Positions 35,166 to 49,154 of a DNA stretch of 64,000 nt are shown piece after piece. The first letter of the stretch is position 1. Every line of letters begins with the position of its first letter. The notes beneath the pieces were generated by a model. That model ran no database searches. It was given only the letters and a program-made list of their open reading frames with translations, and had not been told where the DNA came from. Location: NCBI RefSeq assembly GCF_033153115.1, contig NW_026889805.1:19468001-19532000 (forward strand), given 5' to 3'. Source of the stretch: Saccostrea echinata. Lineage: Eukaryota. A program made the translations under genes and the position numbers.

Positions 35166-35800
35166 GGAGCGTAGCGGGAACGATAACTCTGAGTAGAGAT
35201 AACTCCGGATAGAGATTGTGCTTTACTTAGCTGCAGTTTTGTCCCCTTGTCACGTGACTGAGTGTCAACAAGGGAAGAACATCCTTATTTAGAGTGTCTA
35301 CCGTCACTGTAAGTAAAATGCAACTTCTTTCAAAATATTTGTTGTACTTTATTCTTCCAGGCAATCTAGAAAAAAACTAAAATTCTTTTTAAAAAATGTG
35401 GACCGATTTTAAGTCTATTGTATCTAACATTGAGTATTACTTGTTAACGTTACCTCCCTTTGTTCTGAAATACAAGTGTATACTTGGCGTAGATCTATCC
35501 TTTATGATTTTTAGATTAAATTTTCAGGAATTGGTGACTTTCAGGCCATATAGAATGTAGTAAACTTGGTAAAGAGGAGAGTATAATGCAGAGTTCACTT
35601 GCACAGGGAAGCCACGGTTAGGCTAGTCAACATTCGATCACTTCAACAGTCGTTAAACAATCTGGGATTGCTTGTGTGATGGATATATATGTGGCGGATG
35701 TCCTGAGACCTCTTGTGAAATTCTTGACATAGGTGGAATCAGGTTTAAATTTTTTAATTAACTTCATATCAAAGTCTTATTATTATTAGATGCAACTATA

Positions 35801-36286
35801 GGACTTTTGCGAGAAGCGCTGACAGCTTAATTTACACCAGGAAAATATAAGCTCTTCTGAGATATAAATATTTAGCTTAACAGTTAATAAAACGAAAATA
35901 ACGGACCATTTCAAAGCCCATATTACGTTGTCTAGGAAGGGAACGGCAACAATCCTACCCTCAACCCCCTCCCTTTTCACCCTGACCAACTCCTGCCAAG
36001 TAGGCCTATTCCTTCCGAAATGTTTTTCTTCTTTATTTCATTCCTTTAGAATATGGAAATAAAAGGAGATACTATCTCTCATGAAAAGGTATTTAAGTAA
36101 CTTTATTCTACCTCCAATCATCTCTTGTGTTGGTAGATAGTGTTAGTGCCCCTAATACCATAACTATATCCTCTAATTTAATGTTTTATCACCTATTATA
36201 TTAATTCTGTACCTCTGTACATAAGGCAGGTTTAAATGTCAAAGTAATCCGTCAACTGTAAAAATCAGGGCTTCTCGCAAAAGTCC
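35801..36286. mobile_element. MITE, 3-bp ATA TSD
   Basis: 17-bp perfect TIR ggacttttgcgagaagc/gcttctcgcaaaagtcc. Confidence 0.8.
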
Positions 36287-36763
36287 ATAAGTATATAGCT
36301 CAAACGTACTTCTTGTATTACTAATATCCTCAGATTCACTCATCAAATGTTTGGTGAAGCTTGACAATTAAAAGAAAAAAAAAACATTATGTCATCGGCC
36401 TTGATTTTTGTCAAGGCCATTTCAAGTTTACAATATTTTTATTAACCTTTAGAAGCTTTCGTTGCACAAGAGCAGCTGTGATTTTTGGAAAAAAAAATCA
36501 GAAAAAAGGTTATTGAAATCTATTACAACATAGAGAAATATTCCCTTTAGACATACAATTTAAGTATATATCTATATCGTTTGGATCATGGAAATATCTC
36601 ATCACCGAAGAGAAAAATAATAATAATGTGCGGAGTTATACTAGAATTATATCTAATTTATGAAAGCCTAGAGGGGTCAAATTCAGTAATAATGAGATAA
36701 AAAGTCATTATTAATGCTTAAGATACTCCTAGTAGTGAAACGCTGTTCCATTTTTCCGATTCG

Positions 36764-37701
36764 ACACTGCTTTTCCGCGAAAAAAAATCCTGCTTTTTGC
36801 GACGGATCGTGCTTTTCTGCGACTTATTTTTACATGATTGTTCCTTTTCTGTTAGCATTTAGTTGTTACTGCTTCTTCTATACTACATTAAGAAGGAACA
36901 TCGCCATTATTTAAAAGTTATCTTCTCGTAAGTTATACATTTCTTACCACGATTTATTACAGAAAATTAATTTCCATCACATCTGAAACCTATCACTGAG
37001 AGTGAACTGCTTTGTGAAATTCATTCAATTTTTTTCACACCATGAGTTCATAATCACTACTACTCAACATAACTTTATGATAAAATAGAGGTAAATTTAA
37101 GGAATCACTGTTTAGTTAGTAGAGTATGCCAGGGCATCAACGATAGTTGGAAACGTGGGATAATTTGCATAACGGGCGAAGCCCGTTATGCATAAATTAT
37201 CCCACGTTTTCAACTATCGTTGATGTCCCTGGCATACTCTACTAACTAGAAAGTGATTCCTTATATTTCCATTTCATTTTGAAATAAAATTGTAAATTTA
37301 GATTTTAAAAATGTAGACTAATAGATTTAAATTACACGAGGCCGCACATGTCAATTTCAATAGTCCCCGCTCACTGACGTCAAACACAAAGACAGCCGCA
37401 CGAGAATTACATGCATATCAGGCCTCCTTAGAGTCAGACACAAAGAATTACATGCATATTAGGCCTTCTTAGCTACTGACCTTTTCACTTAGCAAAATTT
37501 GCATTCCGTTAGAATTATCAAGAAATCAACTCTCCTAACTTTCAAAGAGTTATCACAGAGAAAACAAATAGAAATGGAAATATACGTATCGATGCCAAGC
37601 ACTACCCGTGGCCATTGAAATTTCGCGGAAGTAAGGTATCAAATTAAAGAGAAAACACATACATGTAACATAGTTTAAACCAATCGCGGAAAAGCAGTGT
37701 G
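36764..37701. mobile_element. TIR element (CACTG-type termini) containing a long palindrome
   Basis: acactgcttttccgcga/tcgcggaaaagcagtgt; subterminal gcttttc repeats. Confidence 0.6.
37098..37263. repeat. ~80-bp-arm near-perfect palindrome centred on GCGAAGC
   Basis: taaggaatcac...aacgggc-gaa-gcccgtt...gtgattcctta. Confidence 0.93.
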
Positions 37702-38287
37702 AAGAAGTAGCGGAAAAGCAGACAGGAGGCTGAAACGAAATCACGAAAAGTAGGACGGCCTAGTCATAACGTGATAAAAAGTAATGCTAACGAGATAAAA
37801 AGTCATTATTACGACTTAAAAACCGTAATAAGAAGATTAAGAAAGTTGTAATAACAAGAACAAGATGTGTTTGTTAAACACTGATGCCCCCTATTTAAAA
37901 AGTATGTCAAACTCAAAGGTCATGGGTAAAAAAAAATGTTTGCCCTCAAAGAAAGATCTTGTCACAAAGAATACACATGTGAAATTTAAAACTCCTATCA
38001 CCTTGCATTATGGTCAATGTTTAAGTTTAATTTAAAGTACACTTAGGTCAAACTCCAAGGTCAAGGTCAGGAGATTAAAAATATTGGTACACAAATAATG
38101 GTCTTGTCACAAGAAATACACATGAAAGCCCTAATACCAATCGTTCAAAAGTTATGGCCAAGGTTAAAGTTTTACAGAAGTAGATCAAACTCCAAGGTCA
38201 TGACATCAAAAATGTCAGTTCCCAAAGAAAGGATTCATTATTAAGGACATACGCAAGGTAGTTTGAACTTTATTGAATTTTAAACAG

Positions 38288-38898
38288 AAACTTTTCACAT
38301 TTTCGACTTCTTCTCAAGAATCACTGGGCCAATTTCAACCAAACTTACCGCAAAGCATCATTTGGTGTTCACAGTGTCACGCTCTCTTTCAAGGAGAGAT
38401 AATTAAGAATTCGTGAAATTTGCGGCATCATTTAAAAATCTTCTTCTCAAAAACCACTGGGCAAGAAAAGATGAAACTTATGTGAAAGCTTCATTACATA
38501 CTCTAAATTCAAATTTATTCATATCACAAAACCCGTTGGTAGGGCGAGGCCGCAAGAGGGGTCAAAGTTTTACATATAAATATGTAAGAAATGTCTTTAA
38601 AAACCTTTTTCTCGAGAACAGGAAAGGCATGATTAGTCATCATGTAGTATTATAGAAGTATCCCCAAGTTTTACTTAGGACAGAAACATATTCAGGTAAT
38701 GCAGATTAAAATTTGATCGAATTTAGAGTAAAAAATCTTTAAAATTCTTCTGATCGAGAACAGCAAAGCCATGAATAGTGATAATGATATAGAAGCATCC
38801 TGAGGTAGTGTAAATTCACCCCCCCCCCGGAAACTTTTCAATACTGAACTCCTGGCCAATGTGCTCGGGTGAGCGATGTGGCCCATGGGCCTATTGTT
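38288..38898 (-). mobile_element. Degenerate 166-bp-family Helentron-like element, reverse orientation
   Basis: Ends ggtgagcgatgtggcccatgggcctattgtt, close to the reverse complement of the start at 22825. Confidence 0.72.
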
Positions 38899-41800
38899 TG
38901 GTATTATTTAATATTAGGCATTTGTACGCATTAAAATTCCTTTTCGTTTTACGTCTTTTTCACGTTTCCTCCTTGTGTTATAACTTAGCACGTCTTTCAT
39001 TTTTATTTACTCATAGTTTGATCCTAATAAACTTTGATAGTAACCTTACTTGGGGACTTCTCGGGCGGAAGGGGGTGTTGCTGAAGTTGGTAAAAGTCTT
39101 GTACAATAGCACATAATTCTCGTTAACATTTTTGTAACAAGAGCCTTTCCTGTGATAGAACGCAAATCTCATCATTAAAACAAAGCAATAAAAGAGAGTT
39201 TTTATACTCTAGATAATAACATGGCCATAAAACAGTTATAAATTCATTAAGTCATTTTCATTTTTAATCAAAGACAAAACAGTTTTATTGATACATGAAC
39301 ATGTATATAATATATATTCACGATCGTCAAAAATGTGATGGAATCGGTTATACTTGCAATACTTTATACATGGAAACAAAAGGCGAGTTTGCATCAATTA
39401 CTCGATCGCCAGACTTATGTTTCTTAGGCCACGTTTAAACACCAGCTCTTTGTTAAATGTTTACCAGTACAATTAATTTTGCTTGGGATGATACAATCCA
39501 TCTTAAATTTCGTATTAACAGAGTCAATTAAAGATCTATATGACCCTTTAGAAACAAGATATAGGTACATATATCGTGTTTTTCTCCATACGTATTCTAA
39601 ATGATAAGAATCAATGACATTGAATATGCCTTACATAGGTTGATTATATCTCGAATTTCCTTGTGCATGAGTATTCTTGTAAATAATCATATCATCGCTT
39701 TTGAGGGAATAAAAGGACAAATATACTATAAATAATGGGTTTTTTTAAAAAATTTATGTCAAAGTTGGCAGCATTTTTTGTTATGAGCTGACAAAGTGGT
39801 ATTCCAGACGGGGATAGAACAATGTTCACGTTTTTGTTATGCAAGTTTGTTACTATGTGTATAGTTGGTTAAAATATTCATATTTGTATAAAATTATATG
39901 TACATTAATTAATTTTCACACAAAGTTCTATATAGTTATGTTTTTATTAATTATACCCTGTATCTTATGTTTTCTTGGCAAATTAAGCTGCACATTTGGT
40001 CTCATGGCACCGCGGAAGATTACCATACCTCAAATATATCACCTGGATTATACAGCTGATGTCCATTAGCATTACCCTGGGCACGTAACGCTGTTGTTTT
40101 GCATGGAACTAATTCTGCGAGTATGCCTTTTGTCAGTTCATGTGTAGGGGTTGCAACAATCAAGCAATAAAATTTTATTCCGTACAGTTGGTATGCTCAT
40201 CCCACACTAATGTGAAAGTCAGCTTCAGAATCTGGATACAATAAATACACCTCTGTGAAACTGTGATGAAAGATAAAAACATCGAGTTAAAAGGTGAGAC
40301 AAAATAATATACGTACATGTCATCTATTTTTTTATGTTAGGTTAAGTACATATCGTGTACTTAAATCTTGAATATCGTAACTTAAATCTTGGATGTGTAT
40401 ACCGAGATCAGACAGTATATACGAACAGGGGAAATGCCCTATTCTGAATTTTATAATTATATTTTTTTTTTCATCTTTGTCATAAAACATTGGCATTACC
40501 GTAATTTGGATGTGTAAGCAAGAATGCATCAAACTTGATCATAACTCAGAATTAAATTATAAATGACCCACATTTGAGACACGCTCTCTACTATAGCTAG
40601 AGGACATTTACACTCGAGAGTTTGCAAATGAATCATCACTAAAATAATTTTTTTTCTGACTTGAACCAAGAAACTGAATTAATTAACTCAAGAGAAAAGA
40701 ATAAGTTCACAAACACTATACAGCTCATTATCGTTTTCGCCATTTGAGTTTTAAGAAAAAGAAAAAGAAGTAAACAAAAATTTAATGTTCAATTCAAAGT
40801 CAAAGTCATATTTTTCATAAAGAATTAGCTGTATCGGGATAGATCCACACTCCAATTTCGGCTTATTTGCTATTCTTTATGTGACTGGGCCAAAGATAAG
40901 CAAAAAAGGGGGAGGGGGCAATAGATTGCTGTCGTTACAGCTATGCATTTAGAATTTATTCTTTTAGAAAAGGTGGATTAATTCACATTAGTGTTCTACA
41001 ACACTCATGACTTCTCATGGCCGTAGGAACCGGGGGGGGGGGGGGTACGAGGGGGTGCCCCCTACAATTTTACCGATATATAGATTTCTATGGAAAACAT
41101 AGCTACCGCGTGCTTTTACCCCCTCAATAAAAACGTCTAATGACCTTTTTTTTTGCTTGACAAGGAGACTTTGGTAGTTGATAGTGCCCCCAACTGAAAA
41201 TGTATGGTTGTGCCCCCCCCCCAACTGAAATTGCTTTCAGTCGGTGTTTTCCCTAAGAACCGGCTACCGGCCAAATTGACCGCTTCAATTGATAAAAATG
41301 CCGCTCAGAAATCAAAAATTAAAAAAAAAACCAATTGTTGTAAGGTCCACAAAGATTTGTTGATATACCTCAGCCCTAGCCTGTAACAATTGATTTCTAA
41401 CCCCTTTACTTTGAAATAAAAAGAAAACACTGCTTCCTATATGGGTCTGACTTCTTCACCACCAGGGTTGTCGTTTGGCAAACACGAAATCGTTCGTTTT
41501 CTTTGTTACAGGAAAAAAACCAAAGGTAAATTACAAAAATAAAATTTGAATTTGTTTCATTAAAAAAGATGACCTAATAGTAGGATTTATATTAGATCTA
41601 CGTAGATGAAGTTTTCTTGCTCACTTGAACTGTTTAAGTTCTATCATTATATAAATATGTTTATTCACCAATCGAGGGCCCTCAAGGAGCATGTACAACA
41701 ATATAATCATGATTACTAGTAAAACAAGTATTGGTTGCATTGGTGCAGTATCCTCTCTTGCAAAAGTTCTCAACTAACAATTAAATTACTGGTATGGTTC

Positions 41801-43420
41801 CCACAATGAAATCTAAGCATCACATGCTATATAAAGGAAAACCTAACTGCTATACACTTCAATGAACAGACCAGGTTAAGTTAGTAAGTTATCATAAAAT
41901 TACTGTCATAATGAAAGTATAACCAAATGGCAATATGTAAATACATTCTAAGCAAGTATATATATCCACATTTATGTACATTACATGACTTGAAATGCAT
42001 CTTAAAAGCAGATGAATTTGTGTTTCTAGAAATTATATATGGAGGAGTGAACAGTATATATGCACACAGAATAGTTAAATTATAAAATGGACGTACAACT
42101 ACAATTATCATTTAGAATTTCTGTTATAACTATATGGATTTTTGAACACTATGTCTCTAGCATTATGGTGATTCTGAAGTTTGCAAAATGTGAAATCATA
42201 TACTTCTAAGGAAAACATGGGCACCGTCCGCAAAGCAGAGAACCCCCCCCCCCCCCCTCGCAAAAGAACACATCGATCCCGATGTAAATTATTACTTCCC
42301 TTGTGCACGCATGCACTAACCCACACACTCACAAGAGTGTACTTTATTCCCTCCAACTTCATTGCAATAGGATAATAAGTTAATTAAATACAGTATCTTT
42401 CTTACCAAAACAGTACATGTCCTCGATCAGAAAAAATTGACGCACTTGTACCAAAACAAGTCTTCCAAGGAACGCATGAAACATTAAAAATGTAAATAAA
42501 GCAACAGCATGGTCAATTATTTTTATTTTTTAGCACACTTGTTTTACAGTTCATGTATTTGCCTGAAAAAGATGGTCAGTAAGACTGCAATACTGCGTTA
42601 GGGAAGTATATATTAATAAAAGTAACAAAGTAGATCAAAATTATATGAACTGTAACGCTGGTATTTTTGCAAAAAACAAAGTTCGGTGTAAATGTTCTAT
42701 AGCTCAGATTTTCTTCTCATAGTTCTAAGTACGAGCAATTCAGAAAAGCTAGGCAAGTTCTCAAGATATAAGATGTGACCGACAAACGGACGGATAGACA
42801 GCGAGACAGACAACAAACTCCGGGGCGAAGTGATTCCTAAACTCCTTGCTGAGGTCTCAAATGGTTTCACTTCATTTCATTTGCGATCTTGCATGTAAAT
42901 AAATATTTCATGAAATCTCACCTACCAGTATATTCGTTCTGTTCATTTCTCAATGTCTTTTGTAAAAAAAAAAAAAAAAAAATACAATATTTAAAATATA
43001 TATACATGTACCATTTAATGTCTTTCAACCTTTACAGAAACAGGGTACAAATACGTATAATATTCTACGCCCACTCGTACAAATTAATGAGAATTAATCG
43101 TTCCATGTGCATCTATCATCTCTGTCAGTCGACCCAGAGATGATTACAACAGAATGCGTTTATGTAATGGTTTAATTATGAAAATCGAGCTGAGATAAGG
43201 GGGTTCGCTAATTGATATGTACTTAGATTTTACAGTTTAATAGTGAATCAACAAAGACCCTCCAAATTTGGTACGATCGGTGTAGTAATACATGTAGCTG
43301 AGAGTCCCCGAGGCAACTTCAGCTAAGCAACGTTGTATTTGATAAGGTCAAACAATGTGGATGATTTTAACCTCATATATATTCTATATCCATGATGAGT
43401 TACTGTCGCCCGCACACACC

Positions 43421-43539
43421 TATTCTCTATTGAGAAGTTGATGGCTCGTTTTAATACTAAACGAGCCATCAACTTCTCAATAGAGAATAGGTGTGAGGGG
43501 GAGTATTAAAACGAGCCATCAACTTCTCAATAGAGAATA
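43421..43539. mobile_element. 119-bp miniature element with 38-bp TIRs and 9-bp TSD (Mutator-like)
   Basis: TIR tattctctattgagaagttgatggctcgttttaatact; gcacacacc at 43412-43420 and 43540-43548. Confidence 0.75.
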
Positions 43540-44399
43540 GCACACACCATGATCATGTTTACAGTCTTTGAGAATTTCAGCGTATTTTGTTGAGATGTCA
43601 TACATGTCCAAAACGTTGTTTTCAGCATGGGGTAGCTAATGACTCTTCTGTGTTCATTAATCCTATATCTTGTTCATAATTCCAGTTAATTAGACAGCTA
43701 CAGTAAATTAACCGTTTTTCCTTGTCTTTGGATCTATCTCTAGTACTGTTTACTCTGATAAATCGACATTTTTTTCCTTTTTCACATTCTTTATGATGTC
43801 TAAGAATAAAGTAGCTTTCTCATATCTTTATACATCTTTAGAACTTACCAAGTGAAATATTAAGAATAAATTCCTAGATTATATTTTTTTATTGTTAACA
43901 ACTTTGGTAAAAACATGGACACTAACAAGAAAATCATCCTATTTTGTCTGTAATTTCAGCAAGTTTGAATTCATAAATTTCATTAATATACTTTAAGAGT
44001 GATCGTTCAAGAGTTTCAACCCCAAAACAAGAGACTTAGGATCAGAATAATCACATGAGTCATAAAACCTATCTGAAATAAATGAAACTTCTTATCAGTA
44101 AACTTATGTTTTCAAATTTTAGGATTTCAGGTTCATAACCCCTCTGTTCACTTATATAAAATGTTGCTTTTATGCTTCTGATTTACTAAAAGAAATATAT
44201 TTTATGAGTAAAATACAAACTATATTTTAGCATAGCTTGAAGGGGAAAATTGAACAAAAAAGACATTTCAACTTGACAGTTTTATAAAGGAATAATAGAC
44301 ATTTATCACATTAAGAGTTACCTCTCTTATCAGAGTATCAATGAACCTTAAGCAATTTTAAGTATATTGAGGCTTAAAGTACAGCTTACAAATTGTAGC

Positions 44400-45215
44400 A
44401 CCGATTGTTCTTCCAGAAGTATATTTACTTTGATCCTCATCGTAGCCCAACTCTAGCTCCTACAGTGACGTGATCTAAACAAACTTGAATCGTCAATACA
44501 TGGGAATAGATGCATATCAATGTGACTGATTGCAAGGTTTTTGTTATTAATAAAGTTTTTAAAGATATTTTCCCTGTTTATTCCGATATATTTCCTTTAA
44601 AAGTGTAACTCCTCTCTAGGCCTAGAGTCCATGAGTTGAACAAAGTTGAATCCTCACTAACTTGGGCTCTTTTTAATTTAATATACTATAATTGTAGTCC
44701 TTCTGTTGTTAAGAAGAACATTTTACTCTATATATCCTTTCATCAGATGTTGATCCCCAGTTGTGGTTTTACCGTGCTTGGCTAGGTCCAGGGGCCATGA
44801 TTAAAACAGTCCATTCTTGAGGATATTTGTATATCAAACACGGCGTAACTGTAGCCTTTTTGTATAAACTGTTCTTGAGAGGAAGCATATTAAAGGTTAT
44901 TGGCTTTTTGTTTCTTTGTCAATTTTTGCCCTCTTATTGTGGTTTTTATCTAGACACGAGGACCATGAATAACTCAAATTTGAATCTGCAATTTGATCAT
45001 ATAACAGGGTTGTTACACAAGCTTTGTGTTTCTTGACCCGGTAGTTTTTGAGTGGAATTTTGGGCATCGCCCTATTTTTAATCTTTATCTATCATCGCCT
45101 ATTGGAAGGAGAATTTCCTTCATTTGAAAGAAAAAAAATCAATTCCCTTCACTCAGGAATATTTTGTGTGAAGCTAAATTACAATCGACGAAGTCGAAAA
45201 TAAGAAAATTTACCA
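44400..45215 (+). repeat. Highly decayed 166-bp-family array
   Basis: Remnant aacaaacttgaat / ttgatcc..ttgtgg units. Confidence 0.45.
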
Positions 45216-47524
45216 AGTATTCCAAGTAGCTCAGTCAGTAAGTTGTCTGTTTTTCAACCAAGCGACAGGTTTGAACCAAGGTGATGCATAAACATATTTT
45301 CTAACAACTTTCAATATCTTTCTGAGACATAACAAACGCATTTTTAATAAAATATAATTTCAAATGAGGACTTAAGCAGGCTCGTTTTCAAAAGGGGGCA
45401 GCCAGAAAAATGACAAGTTTCCCTGGGGGAAAACGGGGGGAGGGGGGAGGAAAATTGACGAAAACCCTATTTCTTGGGGAGGGGGTTTTCCTTACAAGAA
45501 GAAAAAAAATATATTAACGTTGTAGAATTTGACCATTCTGCAAGAAGTGGGGGGGGGGGGGAGGGTTATCTCCCTAATGACAATGTCCATACTTACGTGT
45601 GTGTAATGGCAAAATATTCTTTCCAGAAAAAGGGGGATACTATCCACCCACCCCCTGGATACTACATGCCCGTAAAAGTAAATGCAGCTATTGCCGAGAA
45701 CGATCGACTCACGTTTCCTTTTGACTGCAAAATTAAAAAAAGAGTAGTTCCCATTTTTGCAGTGTATATTTCATTCATTTTATAAGTATAAAAAGAATGA
45801 TTGAACAACATACAGTACTTTTTCTCATCAGATTATTAATTAAGGTAGAATAAGATAATGGAACATTATACATCAACTTGTGTAACACAAGCATAAGATC
45901 ACATAAATGACTCAGAGGTTGATCCACTTAAAGTAACAAAAAAATACTGTACAGAATAGCACAATAAACCTTAATATTACTATGCTCATTTACACAATAT
46001 CAACATGTGTATCCACTAAGGAAAAGTTTTATGTCTGAACAAATCAAGAGTATGAATACATTTCCTTGTAATTTGTTTTTTTTTTCATTTTACTCAGTAG
46101 ATATTTTGGTTGTTTGCCATTGAGCTGGTCTACATGACCTCACTTTGCGGGGAAACAGCTAATATCGCCCCACTCTTGTACATGCGCAAAAAGAAGTTAT
46201 TGTAAACTTAAAATGTTTCTAGGGTATTTATCATTTATAAACATATGGAGGAATAGGTAATCTAAAAAAATAATGTTGAAGTAAAAATAGAAAAGGCTGA
46301 CTTTCACTTTTTATTTGATTATAAGGATGTTTAATAAATAAGTATAAAAAGGAATATGCTTGACGAATTTTGATGTATGTTAACTTGTATATCGGTTTAC
46401 TTCCTATAAAGCGCTTGTAAACTGTAGGGTTAATCTCGATCTGTTATACCAAAATCCTATTGTTCCCTAATGAGAAACATTTGTGACCTTCAAATGACCT
46501 TGACCTGATTTTCATAAAACAGCAGAATACGAATTTTATACTAGATGAAACATATATCTGAAGCTCTCCTATTTGACATCATATTAAGGTAATGTGATAA
46601 AATCCGTCTTGAGAATACTTGACGCACACTTTACCTCTGATATTTCCCCAAAATAGTTTCAGGATCAGCGTAAATGTTTTCTAAACAGAAGCTGCGTGGT
46701 TCTGCAGTTTTACATGATCATAAACAGGATTGTCCTAAATACTTGCTAGCGCCTATAAATATAATAATTATATATACAAAAACCATAGCTTACGTTGGCT
46801 AGGTATAAATAAGTGACATTCATGGAGTTATTTTTGAGTGTATATAACCATAGTTGTTGGTAAACAAAGATATTTACACTCCTATCACTCGACTTGGTAG
46901 AGTTCTCCGATGTGCAAAAGAAACGAATATGAATTCCAAAGATAAACAAGTTCTATTTGATGACGAAATTCTGATAGCAGGTAGGAATCATTATGATGTA
47001 TTTGTAATTGATTCCCCAAACTCAAGGATTTACCCTATAGATTAGCTTCTGAAAATAAAGCTATCTGAACTTTGAAAGTTTGTTTCTAGCTAGGTTTAAT
47101 TTTATTACTGAAACTGGTGCTTACTTGGGGATAACTGTTCTCTTCTTAATTTGGAGTTTTCCAGTTTAAATTTGTTTACATACAAATTTTGCACATAAAA
47201 TATCAATTTTTTGTAAAGGACGTGACCACTCCACCGTGAGGTTAAGTTGATTTGATACTGTAAATGTTAATAGTCACTGGACACCAGTGTTATTTGATAT
47301 CTGAAGGAGTGGAACTTCATATCGATATATTTCTCTCTTCAAGGTCCTAAGATGTCGAAAAATTTCTAGATTTTATCTTTTTATCATTTGATAAATGTTT
47401 GTTCTTGAAGAGATCTAGTGAATGAATTCTTGAATAGATCTAGAGAATGAGCGAACGATATTGTAGCTCTAGGAGTTATTTCTCCACTATAGCTACTCAA
47501 AGCCAACTGTCCTTTTCTTCTACT

Positions 47525-47925
47525 TCACAAGCTAAACTTAACTTTCCTTAACACACAAATTAACTTAAATTCTACTTCTCACAACCTAAGTTCTACCACA
47601 ACTTTAAGTTTTACCACACAAAGCTTACTTGTCCTGTAAACACAATGTATGCTAAGTTCTATAACACATAACATGGTTTTATTACACAAAGCTTACTTTA
47701 TAGTTGTACCACATAAATAAAAACTTTACCGCACAAAGTTTCCTTTGTAGTTTATCACACATATGTTTTGCCGCAGACAGGTTAACTTTTGTTTTATTAC
47801 ACAAAAGCTTAAGCGTACAGTATACTTCTACTAGGTTTTGTTTTACACAAAACTTACTTTAGTTTTACCTCTCAGTTTACTTTCTTTCTTTTATTCACAA
47901 TTTAACTTTAGTTTTACTAAAAAAC
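47525..47925 (+). repeat. Degenerate ~25-bp minisatellite
   Basis: Recurrent acacaaagcttactt / agttttaccac motifs. Confidence 0.55.
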
Positions 47926-48815
47926 AAACCAAAACACAAACAAAAAAACAAAACGCTATTAGTAAATTGTAATTCAGCGTTCAGAGAAGGTATACAAAGA
48001 GCTTAATGAAAGAAAAAAAGCATAAAAATTACGTTTGGTGCGTTCCTTTTCCCTGTCAAAAGAGTGCACTGAATATTTATTTAAACTTTTATAAAGGCTA
48101 TAAAAACACACCATATTATCAAATTCAATTTTATTTCTTAAACATCAGTCATTACAATATCCCAAAGATGTCAGCGACATGGAAATTTGAGGACAAACAC
48201 AGGGAAACACACATTCTTTACAGTAGTTCAATGTTCTGTAACATCTCCTCGTGTTCCTCCGTATCGCTGTGGAATGCAGTACCATCGTCATCTCAGATTC
48301 ATGCTATACCCTTGTTATTCCTCTCCTGCACTCTCGGTCGATGTACTTTCGGCCCCGTGGTTTTTTTTTTCTTAAAGATGTCAACTGCAATGGAGAAAAA
48401 AATGCTCAAAGGAAGACTCACCATCAAATTTAATTAATTACTCAGACTGCTAATTTGTGCATATATATATGCTGTAAATAATTTGACGCCATGTATTATA
48501 CAAGCATCAACATTCTATTACAGTGTACAACGTTAAGGGCCTGTCAGTCATACATGTATAAGCTTATAAGATTTATACTATTACTTTTTGGATTGTATTT
48601 CAGGTATTTTCACATTAAAAAGTACCTAACATCTTTTAGACATTATACAATAAGTTTCCAATAGCACGGCTTAGTGAAATCGTAAATCTTTTGGCGATTT
48701 TCTTTTTATTCAGATGAAAGACTGAAATTCAATTCATAATTGTCTGTGAAAATTTATGTTACAAACTTTAACTTAATAGTTATAGATAAGTGTAAATCCA
48801 CAATTAAACTTTTAA

Positions 48816-49154
48816 GGACATACGCAACGTAGTTTGAACTTTATTGTCTTTTTCCCTGTTGTTGAAGAGTTCCAATACTTAAAGGAACTTTGTGCTACAT
48901 TTTATTGTCTATATATGCTGTTGTACACTTCTTCTAAAACAAGTTTGGATAAACAAAACATCTAGAATATATGTTTAGTAATTTTTGTATATTTTTCTTT
49001 GAATTATACAAGAATTTTCATCAATTGATATCTTTTCAAAATACCTGGTAATGCATGCTGGTTTTTTGTCTACGAACATCTAATGGCACTATATAATCTT
49101 AAATTAAGAAGATCTTGAAAAATTATCAGTAGGTAAGGTACGTTGCGTATGTCC
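48816..49154. mobile_element. MITE with TTAA TSD (Kolobok-like)
   Basis: 16-bp perfect TIR ggacatacgcaacgta; a solo left end of the same family at about 38241-38280. Confidence 0.85.

Noticed and set aside
40019-40252. Minus-strand frame after an acceptor-like site with one in-frame TGA (possible selenoprotein exon)
   Set aside because: No recognisable homology, redox motif, SECIS or partner exons; compatible with chance
35162-47489. Possible 12-kb Academ-like element with tagtggag..ataactcc ends
   Set aside because: Left end interrupted, no TSD or transposase remnant seen
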